Below the pieces are notes generated by a model, which was not told the DNA's origin, made no database searches, and worked only from the letters and a program-made list of their open reading frames with translations. Made by a program: the position numbers and the translations under genes. Of a DNA stretch of 64,000 nt, positions 43,344 through 58,500 are shown piece after piece (within the stretch, counting starts at the first letter, position 1; the number at the start of each line of letters is the position of its first letter). Source of the DNA: the human T2T-CHM13v2.0 reference genome, Homo sapiens; the NCBI RefSeq assembly GCF_009914755.1, contig NC_060926.1; one strand, written 5' to 3'.

Positions 43344-44328
43344 CTTTGGACAAGTGTCCTGCCCTGGTAAAGCCAGGGAAATGCCTGTGAGTGTGATTGT
43401 CCTAATACTCAGGATCTCTCCTTGTACCCCTGGATTTTTGAGCCAAATGTTTATGGTTGTCTTTCTTCATGTAAAATGAATAATTTCACAGCAGGTCGTA
43501 GCTTATTCGTGTAAATATGTGGCTGTGTAGTGGGTTATTCACAAAATATGCGATACACACTGGCTGTCCACATATGCCCTAACTGAGCCACTCATGCATT
43601 TCATCTGGGAAGTCCTCAGCCCTAAAATGCATCTTCAGCCAGGCAAATGCCCTGGCTTTACCAGGGTAGGACATTTGTCCAAAGTTAGTTGTAAGAGGCA
43701 AGAATTATTTAATTATTTACTTATTTTCTAGTTTATTTTATTTTTTATTTCGGCAAGAAAATTTAATATTAATTCTCTCTCTTAACATATTTTTAAATGT
43801 GCAATATCATCATGTTATCTATAGGCTCAATGTGGTACATCACATCTCTAGAACTTATTCATGTTGCATAATTAAAATTTTACGCATGTTGACGAGAAAC
43901 CTCCCTATTTCTTGGAAACCCCACCTGGGTCCTTGGCACCCACAGTTCTCTTCTTTGCTTAAGAGGCCAAGCTTCAATTCACCTCAGTCGGACTGATCTT
44001 CCTACTGGACCCTTAAACATTGTTCCAAGCAGTATGCTGCTCATGGTCTTTAGCTTTTCTACAAAATGTATAAGAAAAACGAAACTGCATTTGTAAAGTT
44101 AGAGAAGGTGAGCTTTAGGACTGAGGACTGCCTGGATAAAACGTGTTAGTGGTTCATTTAGGGCATATGTGGACAGCAAGTGTGAATCGCATATTTTGTG
44201 AATAACCCACTACACAGCCACATATTTACACGAATAACCTAGCAAGAAAAGAGAAAACCACAAACATTTGGCTCAAAAATCCAGAAGTACAGAGACGGAT
44301 CCTGAGTACTAGGACAATGCCACTCACA
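43344..44328. repeat. Nested inverted duplication: ~45-bp IR pair plus ~220-240-bp IR pair
   Basis: 43344-43387 pairs with 43640-43684, and 43386-43626 pairs with 44114-44328, by manual reverse-complement comparison. Confidence 0.93.
43720..43960 (-). mobile_element. L1 (MA-like) 3' end lying between the long IR arms
   Basis: acatctctagaacttattcatgttgcataattaaaattttacgcatgttgac plus a T-rich tail. Confidence 0.7.
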
Positions 44329-47004
44329 CTAAGATTTCCTTTGTTCTGGACTCCATGATCAATAGCTGTGTTCTCATGCAAGAGGTCTTCAACGAAGAGC
44401 AAGTCCAAGAGAAAGCTGTTGAGCTCCTTAGTGCACAATATCTGGGACATGGGACACCTGGCTGGCTTTGTTACCTGTGAAGCAAGAGGAGCAGTGGTAG
44501 ACGACGTGGGGAGTGGGAAGGAGAGGGGGAGGCCAGAAGGGACAGTGCGGTACAAACGGGAGGTCTCCCGCTCACGTTCGCCCTGCAGGGGAAGAGGAAG
44601 GGATAGGGCAGGGCCACTGACAAAATTCTTCCTTGGGCGGGGGACGCCCGGTTTTTTGCAGGAGGTCAGTACCTCTCACTGAGGGGCCTGACAGAACACA
44701 TCTCCTTGGTGGCCTTGGCAAATAGCCCCACAGCAGCGGGTCAGGGAAGAGGATGCAAGACAGTTTGATACCGTAATAAGGCCCAAAGTTCCTATGAATG
44801 CTGCCTCCTGACAGCCTCAGGGGCATCTGGAGCTTGTGCTGGAGGAAGTTGAAGAGACCTGGAGTCCCTGAAGAACAGAGATAAAGCCAAAACACACACG
44901 TGAGCACGCGCACACACATGCGCACACAAAGTAATTCTGTTTCTCTACTTTATGTTCTGGAAAATAATGTTGGAATTTCTTTCAGAGGCGGTGAAGAAAA
45001 TAAATACATGTGGAATTAGATACTAGGGAGACGTTCGCTTGTAATTGGGTAAAACTACTTTTTTCACTTACTTGTAAAATTTTACTTCTTTGGTCATAAT
45101 AAATTTTGATGAAAAAAGGAATTTCATAATCAGTAAAAAGATTAAAAAGAAGCAATGTGTCTATATTGTCATATATTATTCATGGACTACAATGCTTATC
45201 TTCAAAATATGAAATTCTTTGAGAGAGAAAACATGAGACTTTGGTGTCACCACATTGAACCTGTAAATTCCTCCACATGCTCAACTCTCTCACCGTCCAC
45301 CAAAATTCCACCTTTAATTAAAGTGAGTTTTGTGGATGATCCATGTCCTTTTCATCACTGAGCTTTAAAAATCTTATTTTACATTTCACACTGCCCATTG
45401 AAGTCTATATATTAATAGCACCACAAAAGTTCTGCTGGCAGGGCCTGTTAGATTTTCTAGTAACCCTTTGAACCTGAGCTAGTTTTCTTTCATAATCTAC
45501 TAAATCCTCAAACTTTAAGAAATGACTTTTCTTTCTCTAAGCTTTCTCTTTTCTTTGACTATCTTGTTACAATTATATGCTACAAAGAAACTAGAGATCT
45601 GATTTTCTTCTCATACAGTTTAGAAAAAGCCAAACCAGTTTTAGAAACACGGAGATAAAACCTTTATATGATCTGTAGAAGTATGCACAAATCTCCCATA
45701 GAATAGGATGGGGAAGGAGGTGACCCCCTGCTCTTTATTAACATGCTTTCTTTCTTAAAGGTCTGAAACAATTTGCAAAGCAGCTGTTAACGGAACATAT
45801 TTTGGAAGAACTCAAACTGACCGACAGTATTTATTAAATGTTTCTCAACGTGCGTTTTATTGAGATTTTGGCATCGTTGTTGATTTGCATTTCCTTTTAA
45901 ATATTTCTTTATAGTAAAATGTGACTAGCAAGTGAATATGTACACACCGCAAAACCTTGGTTGCTTTAAAGTCGTTCTGTCCAGTACCCTTATTGCTAGG
46001 AAAACAGAAACTGACACAAATATATATTTTTTATAAGAAAAAAGGGGAATACATACCTCTAATTACCAAATAAGCTTTAACCAATAGTTTTTATCAAACC
46101 CACTTTTCTGATTAACCAGCACAGAGCACTTTACAAGAAACAAAATTGAGGAGAACTGGCAGAACCAGAAGAGAAAGTCATGTGCAGTAGAAGACAACAT
46201 GGAGACTTCAACATCAGAGGAAGCCCCAGAAAAACTAGAAAACAAAAACTATCTATAGGTGTCAGAGCCTGCAGACAACCATAAATGCTGGTATGGTAAG
46301 GTACTCAAGGGAAGAAAATGCATGAGAAAGACAATGAAATTTTGAGCAAGAAAGACACAGCTTTAAATCCTAATTCTACTTCTTGGTTTTATAACTGAAT
46401 CTTGTTACCAAAATTCTCCAAGTCCCACTTTGTTCGATACTTATATCTGAATGAGAGGACCCGGTTTACTAAGTCTCAAGGATTTCCTGACATAAGCAGG
46501 TGCAAAGTGAGTGCTATAATAGATGCTCAATCTACGGTAATATTTTCTGTTTTATTTTCTTCACTGTTATTATTATGCTCAGTAGTATTTTCCCAAGAAC
46601 TCAAGGGAGTGACCTACGGAAAATTTCCTTGCAGATATTAAAAATTAAATGCTTGTGCTTGAAATAGTAAGGTTCAATGATCTGAAAAACTCACTTATCT
46701 GATAGATAACATTCTCCTGAGCTTTTGAACAAATGATGTGTGAATGCACATAATTGTGTTCTTATAGAACTTGTTCATGTATATACAATATAAATTGTAA
46801 AATATGCATATATATCAGCAAAAGATAATATACTATTCAAGTGTATTCATATTAATTTAATAGTCTTGATGAATTTAAATATTCTCAAATATATATGACT
46901 TTTCTCCAATGCATAAACAATTGTAAATAAATTACAAAAACTAAAAGCAGGTAAAATTAGAATGTGTATATGTGTCTGTACATAAATAAAAATGTGGATA
47001 CACA

Positions 47005-47335
<331 letters not shown>

Positions 47336-47649
47336 TTATTCTATAGCTTACAATGCAGTTGTATAATATTTTCCTCCAAAATATTTCCAAAATTATGTCA
47401 AACCTTGTGTGCTGATAAATACGAATTATGGGATAGAAATTTTTCACATTGCATAATTAATTGTGCTAACTTGCTTGAGCAGATCTTTGTAACCATAGGA
47501 AATGTAGAGTATTCATTTTCCTCACAGGAAAATGTGCACAGACACTCACAATCATCAGGTCCACATGCACACCAGGCTAAGAGCATATAAGCAAATCAAA
47601 GGGAACCAAAGGGAATCATGAGGGATTTTTGCAGCTGGAGTTGCAGGTC

Positions 47650-47930
47650 TTTCTTTCTTTCCTTTTTTTTTTTAATTTATTTTGGACAGAGTCTGTCTCT
47701 ATCCGCTGCAACCTCCATCTCCTGGGTTCAAGTGATTCTCCTGCCTCAGCCTCCTAAGTAGCTGGGATTACAGGCACCTGCCACCTCACCCAGCTAATTT
47801 TTGTATTTTAAGTAGAGACAGGGTTTCACCATGTTGGCCAGGCTGGTCTGGAACTCCTGACCTCAAGTGATCTGACCACCTCAGCTTCCCAAAGTGCTGG
47901 GATTCCAGGCGTGAGCCACCGCGCCCGGCC
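47650..47930 (-). mobile_element. AluSx-like with a right-arm deletion
   Basis: Ends in gtgagccaccgcgcccggcc with a T-rich head. Confidence 0.92.
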
Positions 47931-48759
47931 AGGAGTCACAGGTGTAAGACAGCCTGTACGTGGGGCAGCTCTTCCTGTCTTGTCACTGTCCAGTGACCTT
48001 TTGGGCATAGGTGCCCCTTTTGGTTGACTTGTTAATTATTAACCTTAGCAAAGAAAGCATGAGTAGGGTACAACTTTAGAAGACTGTTACGAAGCCCTGA
48101 GTGTGAGAGTGAAAATCTGGAGCCTTAAATCAATACCATCTTTTAATTTGTAAATAGATTTGAGGCCCACCTGTTTTGTCCTAAACCCCCAAATCTGAGT
48201 TTTTTTTTTTTTTTTTTTTTTTAATAAACAGGTAACTTGGGTAGGTAGACAAGGTTATAGTCTGCTGCACAAGAAAAGATATAAGTCAATAAAGATCGAG
48301 GGTTGTTAAATCTCCGCTGCAAATAACTACTCCACTTTTGTAAAGAGATGTATGTTAGACGGATATGCCATGTCAGGAAAGGTCAGAAAACAATGGTGTC
48401 TATCTACTTCCTTTTTAACTTCTGTTACTTGACCTTAAAAATGTGGAAATGTTCCTGGGGCGTCCTAAGTGTGTTTCTCCAATTTCCTCCAAAGAATGTG
48501 AGTTTCTGGGGAGTAAAAACCGTCCTTTCTTCTTAGACCTTCACCTGAGAACCAAGTGTCCTCTCAGCACAGAGCTTCCTTCATATTTCAAGGGGCACTG
48601 AAACCAGGCAAGCTTGAGCTTCAGAACAGGCACGCAGAGGCCTGGAGAGAAGAAGCAGTGAAAGACTCATTTGTGTTCAGTGTTGTGATCTCTTCAAGTA
48701 AAATTCAAATTGGCTCCAAGGAAAAAAAAAATCTCATTTTCAGTTGCAGCCTGCTCTGA

Positions 48760-49255
48760 ATCAAAGTCACGCTAATTAATCCTGAAAGCTCACTCCGTGC
48801 CAGCCCTGGATGTAAAGGCTTTACATTTCCAACCTTGATAAAGTCCACAGCAGGAATGTCAGACAAGTAAAAGTGCTCTCCCACAGGGAGTTCCCCCACA
48901 GGGAAACTGAGGCACAGTGAAACTCCATAACTTGCTTGCCCAGGTGTCTGAGCAGAGAGGAAGCCATGGGGTCCAGCTCCAGAGCGCACCTTCCTTTCCT
49001 GACAGCAGTGACAGGGCTCAAGTTGGTTTAGCTCATCCAGATTTATGTATATGGAGCCCCTTCTAACTCTCCAGGATCCCAGCCATCCCTCTTCATGAGC
49101 CTTTGAGGGAAGCAAGACAAGCGTTACTGTCTCCTTTCTACAGGTAAGAAAACCGAAGCTCAGGGGAATGACAGGACTTGGCCCGGGAATATGGGCACCA
49201 AATAGCAGCCTCAGCCCAAAATCTAATTCTCTGGGCTTCACATCCCAAACTATGA
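48760..49255. mobile_element. MIR fragments
   Basis: acagggaaactgaggcacag...aacttgcttgcccagg and acaggtaagaaaaccgaagctcagg. Confidence 0.65.
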
Positions 49256-50315
49256 CATTTTCCAAATGATTATTGGAAAATAGGTATTTGCCTTTTGCCT
49301 TGCACTGTTTTGCTGTCCACTTTCTGGAGTTTTCTCATCATGGGCAGTGAGCAGGGCCTGAGTCCTTTGAAGCCTCAGGAGACGCGAGGCTACTCCTGCA
49401 GGTCTGGCGATGTGAATATGAGCAGCCCTCAGGAGCCAGAGATGCTCCAGGCTGAGAAGCAATGGCCTTACCAGTACTACCGAGCAGATGTCACACCCAT
49501 GAAAACAAAACAATCACTTGTTAAGTAGGCACATAGCTACCCGAATAGCAGGTATCAGAGTGTAGAGGGACGGCCAAAGGACTCTCTTTGTCATCTACAG
49601 TGTCAGTTATTTCTTTATATCTTTCACTTTAAAATAAGCATGGTTTCATTTGACAATACTTGGCCAATTATGCATTCTTTTGAATTTAAAATTATCTCAA
49701 AAAAACAGGTCTGTGTGCCTGTGTTTGTGTACTGCAAGTATTATGGGTGTGTAAATACATATACATATAAATGCATGTATATGTATTTTATGGGTATATA
49801 GATATTGTACATATATGTATATATGTAATTTAAACTTGAGCAAATCAGTCAAATGTGACTTGAGAAATTCTCCTTTGTAAAATTACTAATTTAGTTTTTA
49901 TCAATAAATATGTAAAGAACAATAATTGTATGCAATACCATACTTGGTATAATTACATGAATAAGATGGAAAGTATAGCTGTGAATTGTGAATTCAGGGC
50001 ACAATAGTATAATAGAGATGCTAATGTTACTGAAAATACATCCTTACAAACTCATTTATTGCTAACAATTAATGAGTTATGTATTCATATTTACCTGTGA
50101 CATTTGGAATGGGCTCAGATAATTTAAAAACAAACAAAAAAGCGTTCTGCTAGCCTCCTCCCCTGCTGCCACTTTCTCCTGGGTGCTTATATGCACCCAG
50201 TCCATATCCAACCCAGGCTTTTCTCACATGTGGTTCCGGATCCATATAAAACCTGAAGGACATCCACATTTCTACCAGCATCGCACCCCAAAGTGAGTCG
50301 ACAAAAACCCACTGA

Positions 50316-50750
<435 letters not shown>

Positions 50751-51598
50751 TGACTTTTATTCTTTTTGCTTCAAGCAATCCCTCTCCCAGATTCTGTGAA
50801 CATCAGCCTCACAGCTCAGAATGTCCAAACTAAACCCATTATCCTTTCTCCCCACCTTTTTCTTTCCACATGTATCAGTCCAGTCTCTGACACAGCAATC
50901 TAGGTTTCTCACAGGACTCCTTCCTTCTCTTCTTCAGCTACTCATTCATCGAGTATTCGTGCAAAACCCTATTCACAACTTTCTCCCCTTGAACCTGTCG
51001 CTGGTCAAACTTGGAATTTCACAATCTCTAGTTTGCACTTTTAAATTTTATCCTGTTTGGTTTGTGTATTTCTTCTTTTACATTTTTCATCTCTTGTCTA
51101 TACTAACACCAGAAAAGCTTTATAAAGCACACATTGAGTCATGGTATCTCCCACTTCAAACCTTTCAGCCCTGTCCCCTGATTTAGAAGGTGAAGTGCAC
51201 AGATGTTTTAGTGGGAACAGACCATGCATGACACGCTCCATCCCATCTCTCCAGCAACATCTTTAAGTACCCCCACTCCTGCCACCATCATAAGCAACAT
51301 CTCTGTCATCATGATTTATGCATCTCTGTGCGGGGCAATTATGTGTTTCCCTCTATAAATTAACGTTCTATGATCTTACTAAGGGCAAACTTCATTTATT
51401 TGATCTTTGAACCTCCAGCGTGCATCATGATGCCTAGTTTAATAAAGAGTGTTTTTTAAATGAGGAAATAAAGTGATTACAGAAAAGAATGAAATGTGTT
51501 TCCTTAAGAAGCCTATTCCTTGTGATCAATAGTAAGAATTTAAAGATTATTAAGAGATAACATTTATTCTTAAGGTAATGAAGCTTAGTGCCAAAGAA

Positions 51599-51809
51599 CA
51601 GGATTTTTCAGCCTCATCATTATTGCCAATATAGACCTGAGAATTTTTTTGTTGGTCCTGTGCATTGCAGGACGTTTATCAGCACCCCTGGCCTCTACCC
51701 ACTAGATGCCAGTAGCACCCTATTCTCCCAGCTGTGACAGCCAAAAATGTCTCCAGGCATTGCCAGATGTCCTCTGAGGTATAAGATCAACCCCATTTGA
51801 AAACCATTG
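51599..51809. mobile_element. MER20 DNA transposon
   Basis: ggcctctacccactagatgccagtagcaccc...gtgacagccaaaaatgtctccaggcattgccagatgtcc. Confidence 0.88.
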
Positions 51810-52132
51810 CAACAGAAGAACCAAACACCCGTGGGTTTCCGTGTCACTAACTGAATAGTAATAATAAGAATAACTCATATTGATCTTGCAAAGAGGGGCA
51901 TGTGCTGTGTTGAGACGTTTTCATTACTGTTTTAATTATTTTTCTCAGGGTAATATTTACAGCAGCTCCAGAAGTTAGTTTTTGATTATCAGTTTTACAA
52001 ATGAGAAAACAAACGTTCAGTGAAGTTCAGTAAAGATTACGTATCTGTTAAGAGGTGGAAAACAGCTTGGCCTCAGACGATATTCCTCTAGTCTTAGGCT
52101 GTGCCCTTAGCCATAAAGCTTCGCTTAACCTT

Positions 52133-53343
52133 GATGCCTTTTAAATAAGGAAGATTCTATTAAATATACCTGCATTCAATACAATTTAAGACAAAGAATA
52201 AGAAATATCAGTAAGAATTGATCACTACTCAGTCCATCAATATCTAAATGTATAGTCCTGTGTTTATAGATAAGCCCCTTCTGAAAATTAATAGTGTGTA
52301 AATATTTTGCTTTATTTCTTTTTCTTAAGCCTCAGAGAATATTAAAATTCTCAGTATCTCAAATAATATCTTTATTTGTAAAGTTATAAAATTGCACTGC
52401 GGAATTTCAATCTCTATACTTCTGTTCATTTCAAATATAGCCTCAGCCTTAAGACTATAAAGCCATTTTAAAATAAGAAATTTGTGGCTGAAGTTATAGA
52501 TGCTAGGGGATTAAAAGATGAGTACATTGCTCAGTGAAAGAGTAGACAACAATATTAGGGCTTAATATACAACATTAGGAATAGATATTAGTTTTATTTT
52601 TCTTTTTACTAAGACTTTACCAACATTCCTGTGTGGGCGTTTATAGCAGAAATTAGAAATCAGAGCAGTGAGATTCTGGAGTAATTAGACACTCATCTTA
52701 GAGTATTTCTGCATTTTATTCTTTTCTGTAATCATTTATTTCCTCATTTTAAAAAAACACTATTATACCAGATATTTTGCTGTATCTTTTAAAATCAACA
52801 TATCAAAAATGTTTGTGACTGACTGACCATAATTTTATTAGCCGAAGAAAATGTGATACTCTAAATATGTTTTCCTTAAAGAGCTTATATTTGCCAGAAC
52901 CCGTGCTTGTAACAATTGTACAAGTTGAAATATAATTTAGAGCAAAATTAATAGTGATAATTACCCGTGTTCCTCTTCAAAAGCTCAATACTTCATAAAC
53001 ACATATCTGAACATTAATTATCCAAATATCTTAATCTGAGAGTAATAGGCCTTTTGATTCATGTTTGGAATATTAACAAATAGAATAATATTAAAATTCT
53101 CAATACATCAGTCAATTAAATTATGATAAAGTATCCTGTTGCCTCTTAAATAAAGAAGATTCTATTAAATACACCTGCATTCAATACGATGTAATACAAA
53201 GAATAAGAAATAGCAGTAAGAATTGATCAATACTCAGTCCATCAATATCTGATTGTATAGTCCTGTGCTTATACATAAGCTCCTTCTGAAAATTTATAGT
53301 GTTAAGTGTGAATATTTTGCTTTGTTTTTTCTTAAGCTTCAGA
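52133..53343 (+). repeat. ~200-bp dispersed direct duplication (52133-52336 and 53138-53343)
   Basis: ttaaataa(g/a)gaagattctattaaata...cttaagc(c/t)tcaga occurs twice, about 1 kb apart. Confidence 0.92.
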
Positions 53344-53477
53344 TTTGGATCTGTATTTGGAAGAGTACAGGTTTCTAAAAATAAAATTTGATACAATTAA
53401 ACAAAGCTGTGTCAATCCCTTCCAAACTCAGTTGCCTGGCATATGAAACCCTAAATGATACATCTCTTTCTAGTTCT

Positions 53478-53969
53478 TGTTATTGTCACCAGAAAAAGTC
53501 ACAAAATCTGTACATTTAGAAAAGAGAGCTTTAATTCTAAAGTCGGGTAGAGCAACCTGCAGGCAAGAAGCATAGCTCGTGGCTGAAAATGAGAAGCAGG
53601 TGTTTTGAGGGAGGAAAGGATAAGACAGGAATTTGTGCTGCATGGGTTGGCTAAGTATACATATTCAACAGGTTATAGGAGGAGCTATGAATAGCCACAA
53701 ATGTGCTGCACACATGCATACTAAGCTAACATGTATCTTACGTACATCTACGTTCACTTTGGGGTGGAGACATAACATTTCCTTATATTTCAGTTAGGCT
53801 GTTATACATCGAAAGGTGAAGCAGAGGGCACGAAGACACTCAATGCACAGCCTCCGTAAACTGAACAGATACACTTCATGGTCCTGTTCTCTTACAAGGA
53901 AGGAATGTTGCTTAGCTGCAATGTTGAAGCTGCAAAAAGGAAAGGGCAACATCAGGTCATGGGTTGAAA

Positions 53970-53970
<1 letters not shown>
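53478..53970 (-). mobile_element. ERV1 MER4-group LTR (MER34/MER39-like)
   Basis: tatacatattcaacaggttataggaggagctatgaata...gttcactttggggtggagac. Confidence 0.6.
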
Positions 53971-54182
<212 letters not shown>

Positions 54183-55459
54183 TCAAATCTTAGAAGAATG
54201 CATTTAGTAGAGAGATGGAAATAACCCATTTTGTAGTTTTATCTCCCTGTCTTATAACTAAATCCTTTACATTTTCAGGCAAGATGATTGTCATAAAACG
54301 TACCTTCTTAAAAGACAGCTTGGGATTTAGCAAAGCCACCATTTACAATTATTTCTGAATGTACATTAAACTAATGCCACTGACATGAAAAATGGTTTTC
54401 AAGTTATTACTTAATGTTTTATTGACACAACTATTTTTATTTTTTTATTTTTATTTTTTATTTTTAAATAAATTTTTAATAAAAACTTCTTGCTGCAAAG
54501 CACAGGGAAATGATAAAGCACTTAGAAAAGAATAAGACATTCCCATCACAGTTCTCATATGTAAAGAGATTGGAAGTCAGTACTCTCATCCTTACAATAA
54601 TAAAGAAAAATGCTGAACAAACTGAAAAATCAACTTTTTTTGTATTCTTCAGAGAATTGAGGTTGCAAATCACCATCCTGAACTCTCAAAAGAAAAGTAA
54701 ATACAGAGAATCACAGCTGAGATTAATTTACCTGGAGCAGAAGTTGTTGGAGCCATAAACTAGTAAAAACTCTAACTGGTTATTTTAATGAATTGCTGGA
54801 GGCTACGTGTGTCAAAGCAGGAGGCTGAGATATGACAGCAGGGGGAGTTGCGGTTTTAGGGGATCCCTCACTTTGCATGGGTTTTACCTACAGGCACTGC
54901 ACCGTTTTCTCTTCAGAAAGGTCCTACGAAGAAGAGCCTGCTCCTCTCTAGGGGGAAGAGCACCATCTGTGAAGTACAGAGTATTCTACATGACAAAGGC
55001 CAACTACCCAAACAAAAACTATCCCAGAGCCTTGGTCCAGTCAGGGAAGGGCATTTCTTCACTCCAGATCTCTTTGGGCTCACTGTTTTGCCAAACACGG
55101 GGAAATGAAAACTAAGAAACACTTGTGAAGGTCACAGTCCAAGGACTCAGGTGCACTAAAAGCTTGAGATTTACTCATAAGATTAGTGATTCTATGATTA
55201 TAGAACATTTCCCCTTCCTGGAACCTTACCATGGCAGCAACAGGGCTCCAGTATGATAACAGTGGATTACAGTTCAAAGAACTAAAAGTCACAGACTGTT
55301 TAAGGAGGAGGTCTTAGGGGAAGCTCAGTTTCAACAAAAGAGATGAAAACAAGGGCACTAAAGGAATTTGGGCCCTCTGGCACCTACAGATACAACAAAC
55401 ATTAAATACAGCCTTACTCCTAGCCAGATTAACATAAAACCTCACACTAAAAACCTATT

Positions 55460-55592
55460 TAGCCGAACATTTTGATTCCTGCCTGTAATTCCAACTACGA
55501 GAGAGGCTGAGGCAAGAGGATTGTTTGAGGCCAGGAGTTCAAGACCAGCCTGGGCAACACAGGGAGATCTTCATCTCTTAAAAAAAAAATTA
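55460..55592 (+). mobile_element. FLAM/AluJ monomer
   Basis: gaggattgtttgaggccaggagttcaagaccagcctgggcaacac followed by poly(A). Confidence 0.8.
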
Positions 55593-58500
55593 AAATAAGT
55601 ACGTAAATAAAAGGGTGTTTACCTCAGTTTCTATTACTACCTGATATATCACATCTGCCTTTGAACAACAATCACAACAAAATACAAGGCCTGGTAAAAT
55701 GCAAGAAAAAACAGTCTGAAAAGACAAAGCAAGCTACAAAAGTTGACTGAGATTTTCAAATTGTCACACGGAATTTAAAGTAACTCATGTACTAAGGATT
55801 CTAATTTAAAAAGTGGACAACATAGAAGAAGAAATGGGTGATATAAGCAGATAAACGGAAATTCTAAGAAAGAATAAAAAAACATTTATTTAGAAATAAA
55901 AACATCGTAACTAAAAGGAAGAACAGCACCGATAGGGTCCTCAGTAAACTGGATTCATCTCAGGGAAAAAAATCTGATACTGAAGAGCTTGAAGATAAGT
56001 CAATAGAAACTTCCCAAACTAAAATGTAAAGAAAAGAAAACTTAAGAAATATAATATTTCTCCTGACTTGCTCTTTCTAGATTTATTGAACGTTATAGAT
56101 GATTCTTTTTCATGTACTCCCTTAGCAACAGAAGCAGAGGCAATACTTCTTAACTCCCTCTGTAAAAGGAGCATTACCTTAATACCAAAACCAAACAAAA
56201 ACATTACAAGAAAGGTCAACTACAGGCCAATATATTCCATGAGATTATATGCAAAATGCCCTCAAAATATATTGGCAAATTGAAACTAAAAATGTGTAAA
56301 AAGTAATGTATACCTTGCTCAAGTGGCATGTATACTAGGTATGCAAAGCTAATTTAATATTCAAAAATCAATTCATGTAATCTAGCATATTAACAGACCA
56401 AACAAAAAATATGTAATTATATAAATTAATGCAAAAATTCAGGAAAAGCATTTGATATAATGCTACACTCATCTACATTAAATTTTTTTCAGAAAAATAG
56501 GTATAAAGCAAGCTTAAATTCTTGAAGAATATCTACAAAAAGCCTATAACTAACATACTTAATGGTGACAAGTTGAGTACTTTACCCCTAAGATCAGGTA
56601 CAAGTCAAAAATGTTCATGTTGCCTCCTCTCATCATTCCCACTCAACATTGAATTGGAAGTCCTAGAGATAAAGGAAATAAAAGATATATAGACCGGTAA
56701 TACATAAATAAAATTCTGTATATTCACAACTGACATGACTGTCATGTAGAAATCCCAAATAATTGAAATATAAACTCCTGGAATTAATAAGTGATTCTAG
56801 CAAGGGTGTAAGACACTAGGTTAATATAGGGTTTATCACTTTTCAACATATGAAAAATTAGCAATGGGAATGTGAAATTAAGTACAGATTATATATGTAA
56901 AAAACCAAAAAAAAAATCAAACATGAATAAAAGGAGACATATTCTGTGTTTATGGATTGAAAAACTCAATATTGTTTAAAAGTCCATTTTTACCATCCTG
57001 ATTTTTAGATTCAACGTAATTGCAATTAAAATTCCAGCAAGCTATTTTGTAGATATTTACAAATTGAGTCTAAAGCTTATGTGATAAAACAAAAGACCCA
57101 AAATACCTAAAAACATTCAAGAAGAACAAAGTTGAAAGAATGATACAACCTGATGTCAAGACATGACACTACAGTAATCAAGACAGCATGGTGTTGGAAA
57201 GCAAACAAACAAAAACATAGATTGATAGAAAATAATAGAGTGTGGAAATAGAATGACATAAATATAGTTACTAATCTTTGGCAAATAACAATGGCAATTT
57301 AATAAAGAAAGGGTTGTCTTTTAAATAAACAGTGTGGAAACAACTAAATGTCTATATCAAATCATCATCATCATAATTATCTGCCTAAATGTACAATACA
57401 AAACTGCAAAATGTCTAGAGAAAAACATAGGAGAAAAATCTATGTTACACTGAGTCGGTGATTTTTTTAAGATACAAATCCAGAAGAGTAATTCATAAAA
57501 GGGAAAAAACTAAATGAGTGTATTTTAAAATTAAAAATAATTTTAATTTCTTGTCTATGAAAGACACTGTGAAGAGAATCAAAAGATAAGACATAGGCTG
57601 AGACAAAATGTTTCCAAAACACATATCTGATAAAGGATTATATCTAAAAAATATGAAGAACACTTAAAACAAGAATAATAAAATAAAAAATCTTTTAAAT
57701 ATGTTCAAAATATATGAACCAACATATCACTAAGGAAGATATAAAGATAGCAAATAAACATTTAAAAAGATGTTCAACATCATTTGACATTATGAAATTA
57801 AAAATTAAAATAACAATGTCATCTAATAGGCTTTTAGTCATACCACTACAAACCTGTTAGAATGTCTAAAATTCAAAATACTGACTATGCTGGTTGTTGG
57901 AGAATATGCAGAGAAACAGGAACTCTCACTCATTGCTGATTGAAATGGTAAATGTTACAGCTGCTTTAGTAGACAGTTTGGAAATTTTTAACAAAGCTAA
58001 ACATAGTTTTAACATATGATACAGCAATCACATTTCTAGGTATTTATCCAAATTGATTTGAAACTTTGTGCCAACGAAATGCCTGTACCTGAATATTTAT
58101 AGTAGCTTTATTTATAATCACAAAACACTGAAAGCAACCAAGATGTCCTTCAATAGGTGAATGGGTAAACAAACTATGGCAAATCTATATGCTGAATATT
58201 ATCTAGCAATGGAAAAATTGAGCCATCAAGCAAAAGAAAAAACATAAGTGAGCCTTAAGTGTGTATTGTTAAGGGAAAAAAGCTAATCTGAAGTGGCTTT
58301 AATGCTGTACAATTCCAATTATGTGACATTCTGGAAAAGGCAGAACTAGAGCATGGTAAAGAAAAAAAAAGATCAGTGCCTTCCAGGGGTTTTTGGAAGA
58401 GTGGAAATGGTTAAATAGGTGAAACACAGGAGAATTTTTAGATAGTAAAACTATTTTACATGATACTGAATGATAGATTCATGACATTATGCTCTTGTTA

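Noticed and set aside
44368-44930. GC/CpG-richer patch with an Arg/Ser-rich ORF
   Set aside because: Too short and CpG-sparse for a CpG island, and the ORF has no recognisable domain.
49295-49528. Short ORF MGSEQGLSPLKPQETRG... in GC-richer unique sequence
   Set aside because: No recognisable domain or convincing exon structure, and the length is within chance expectation.
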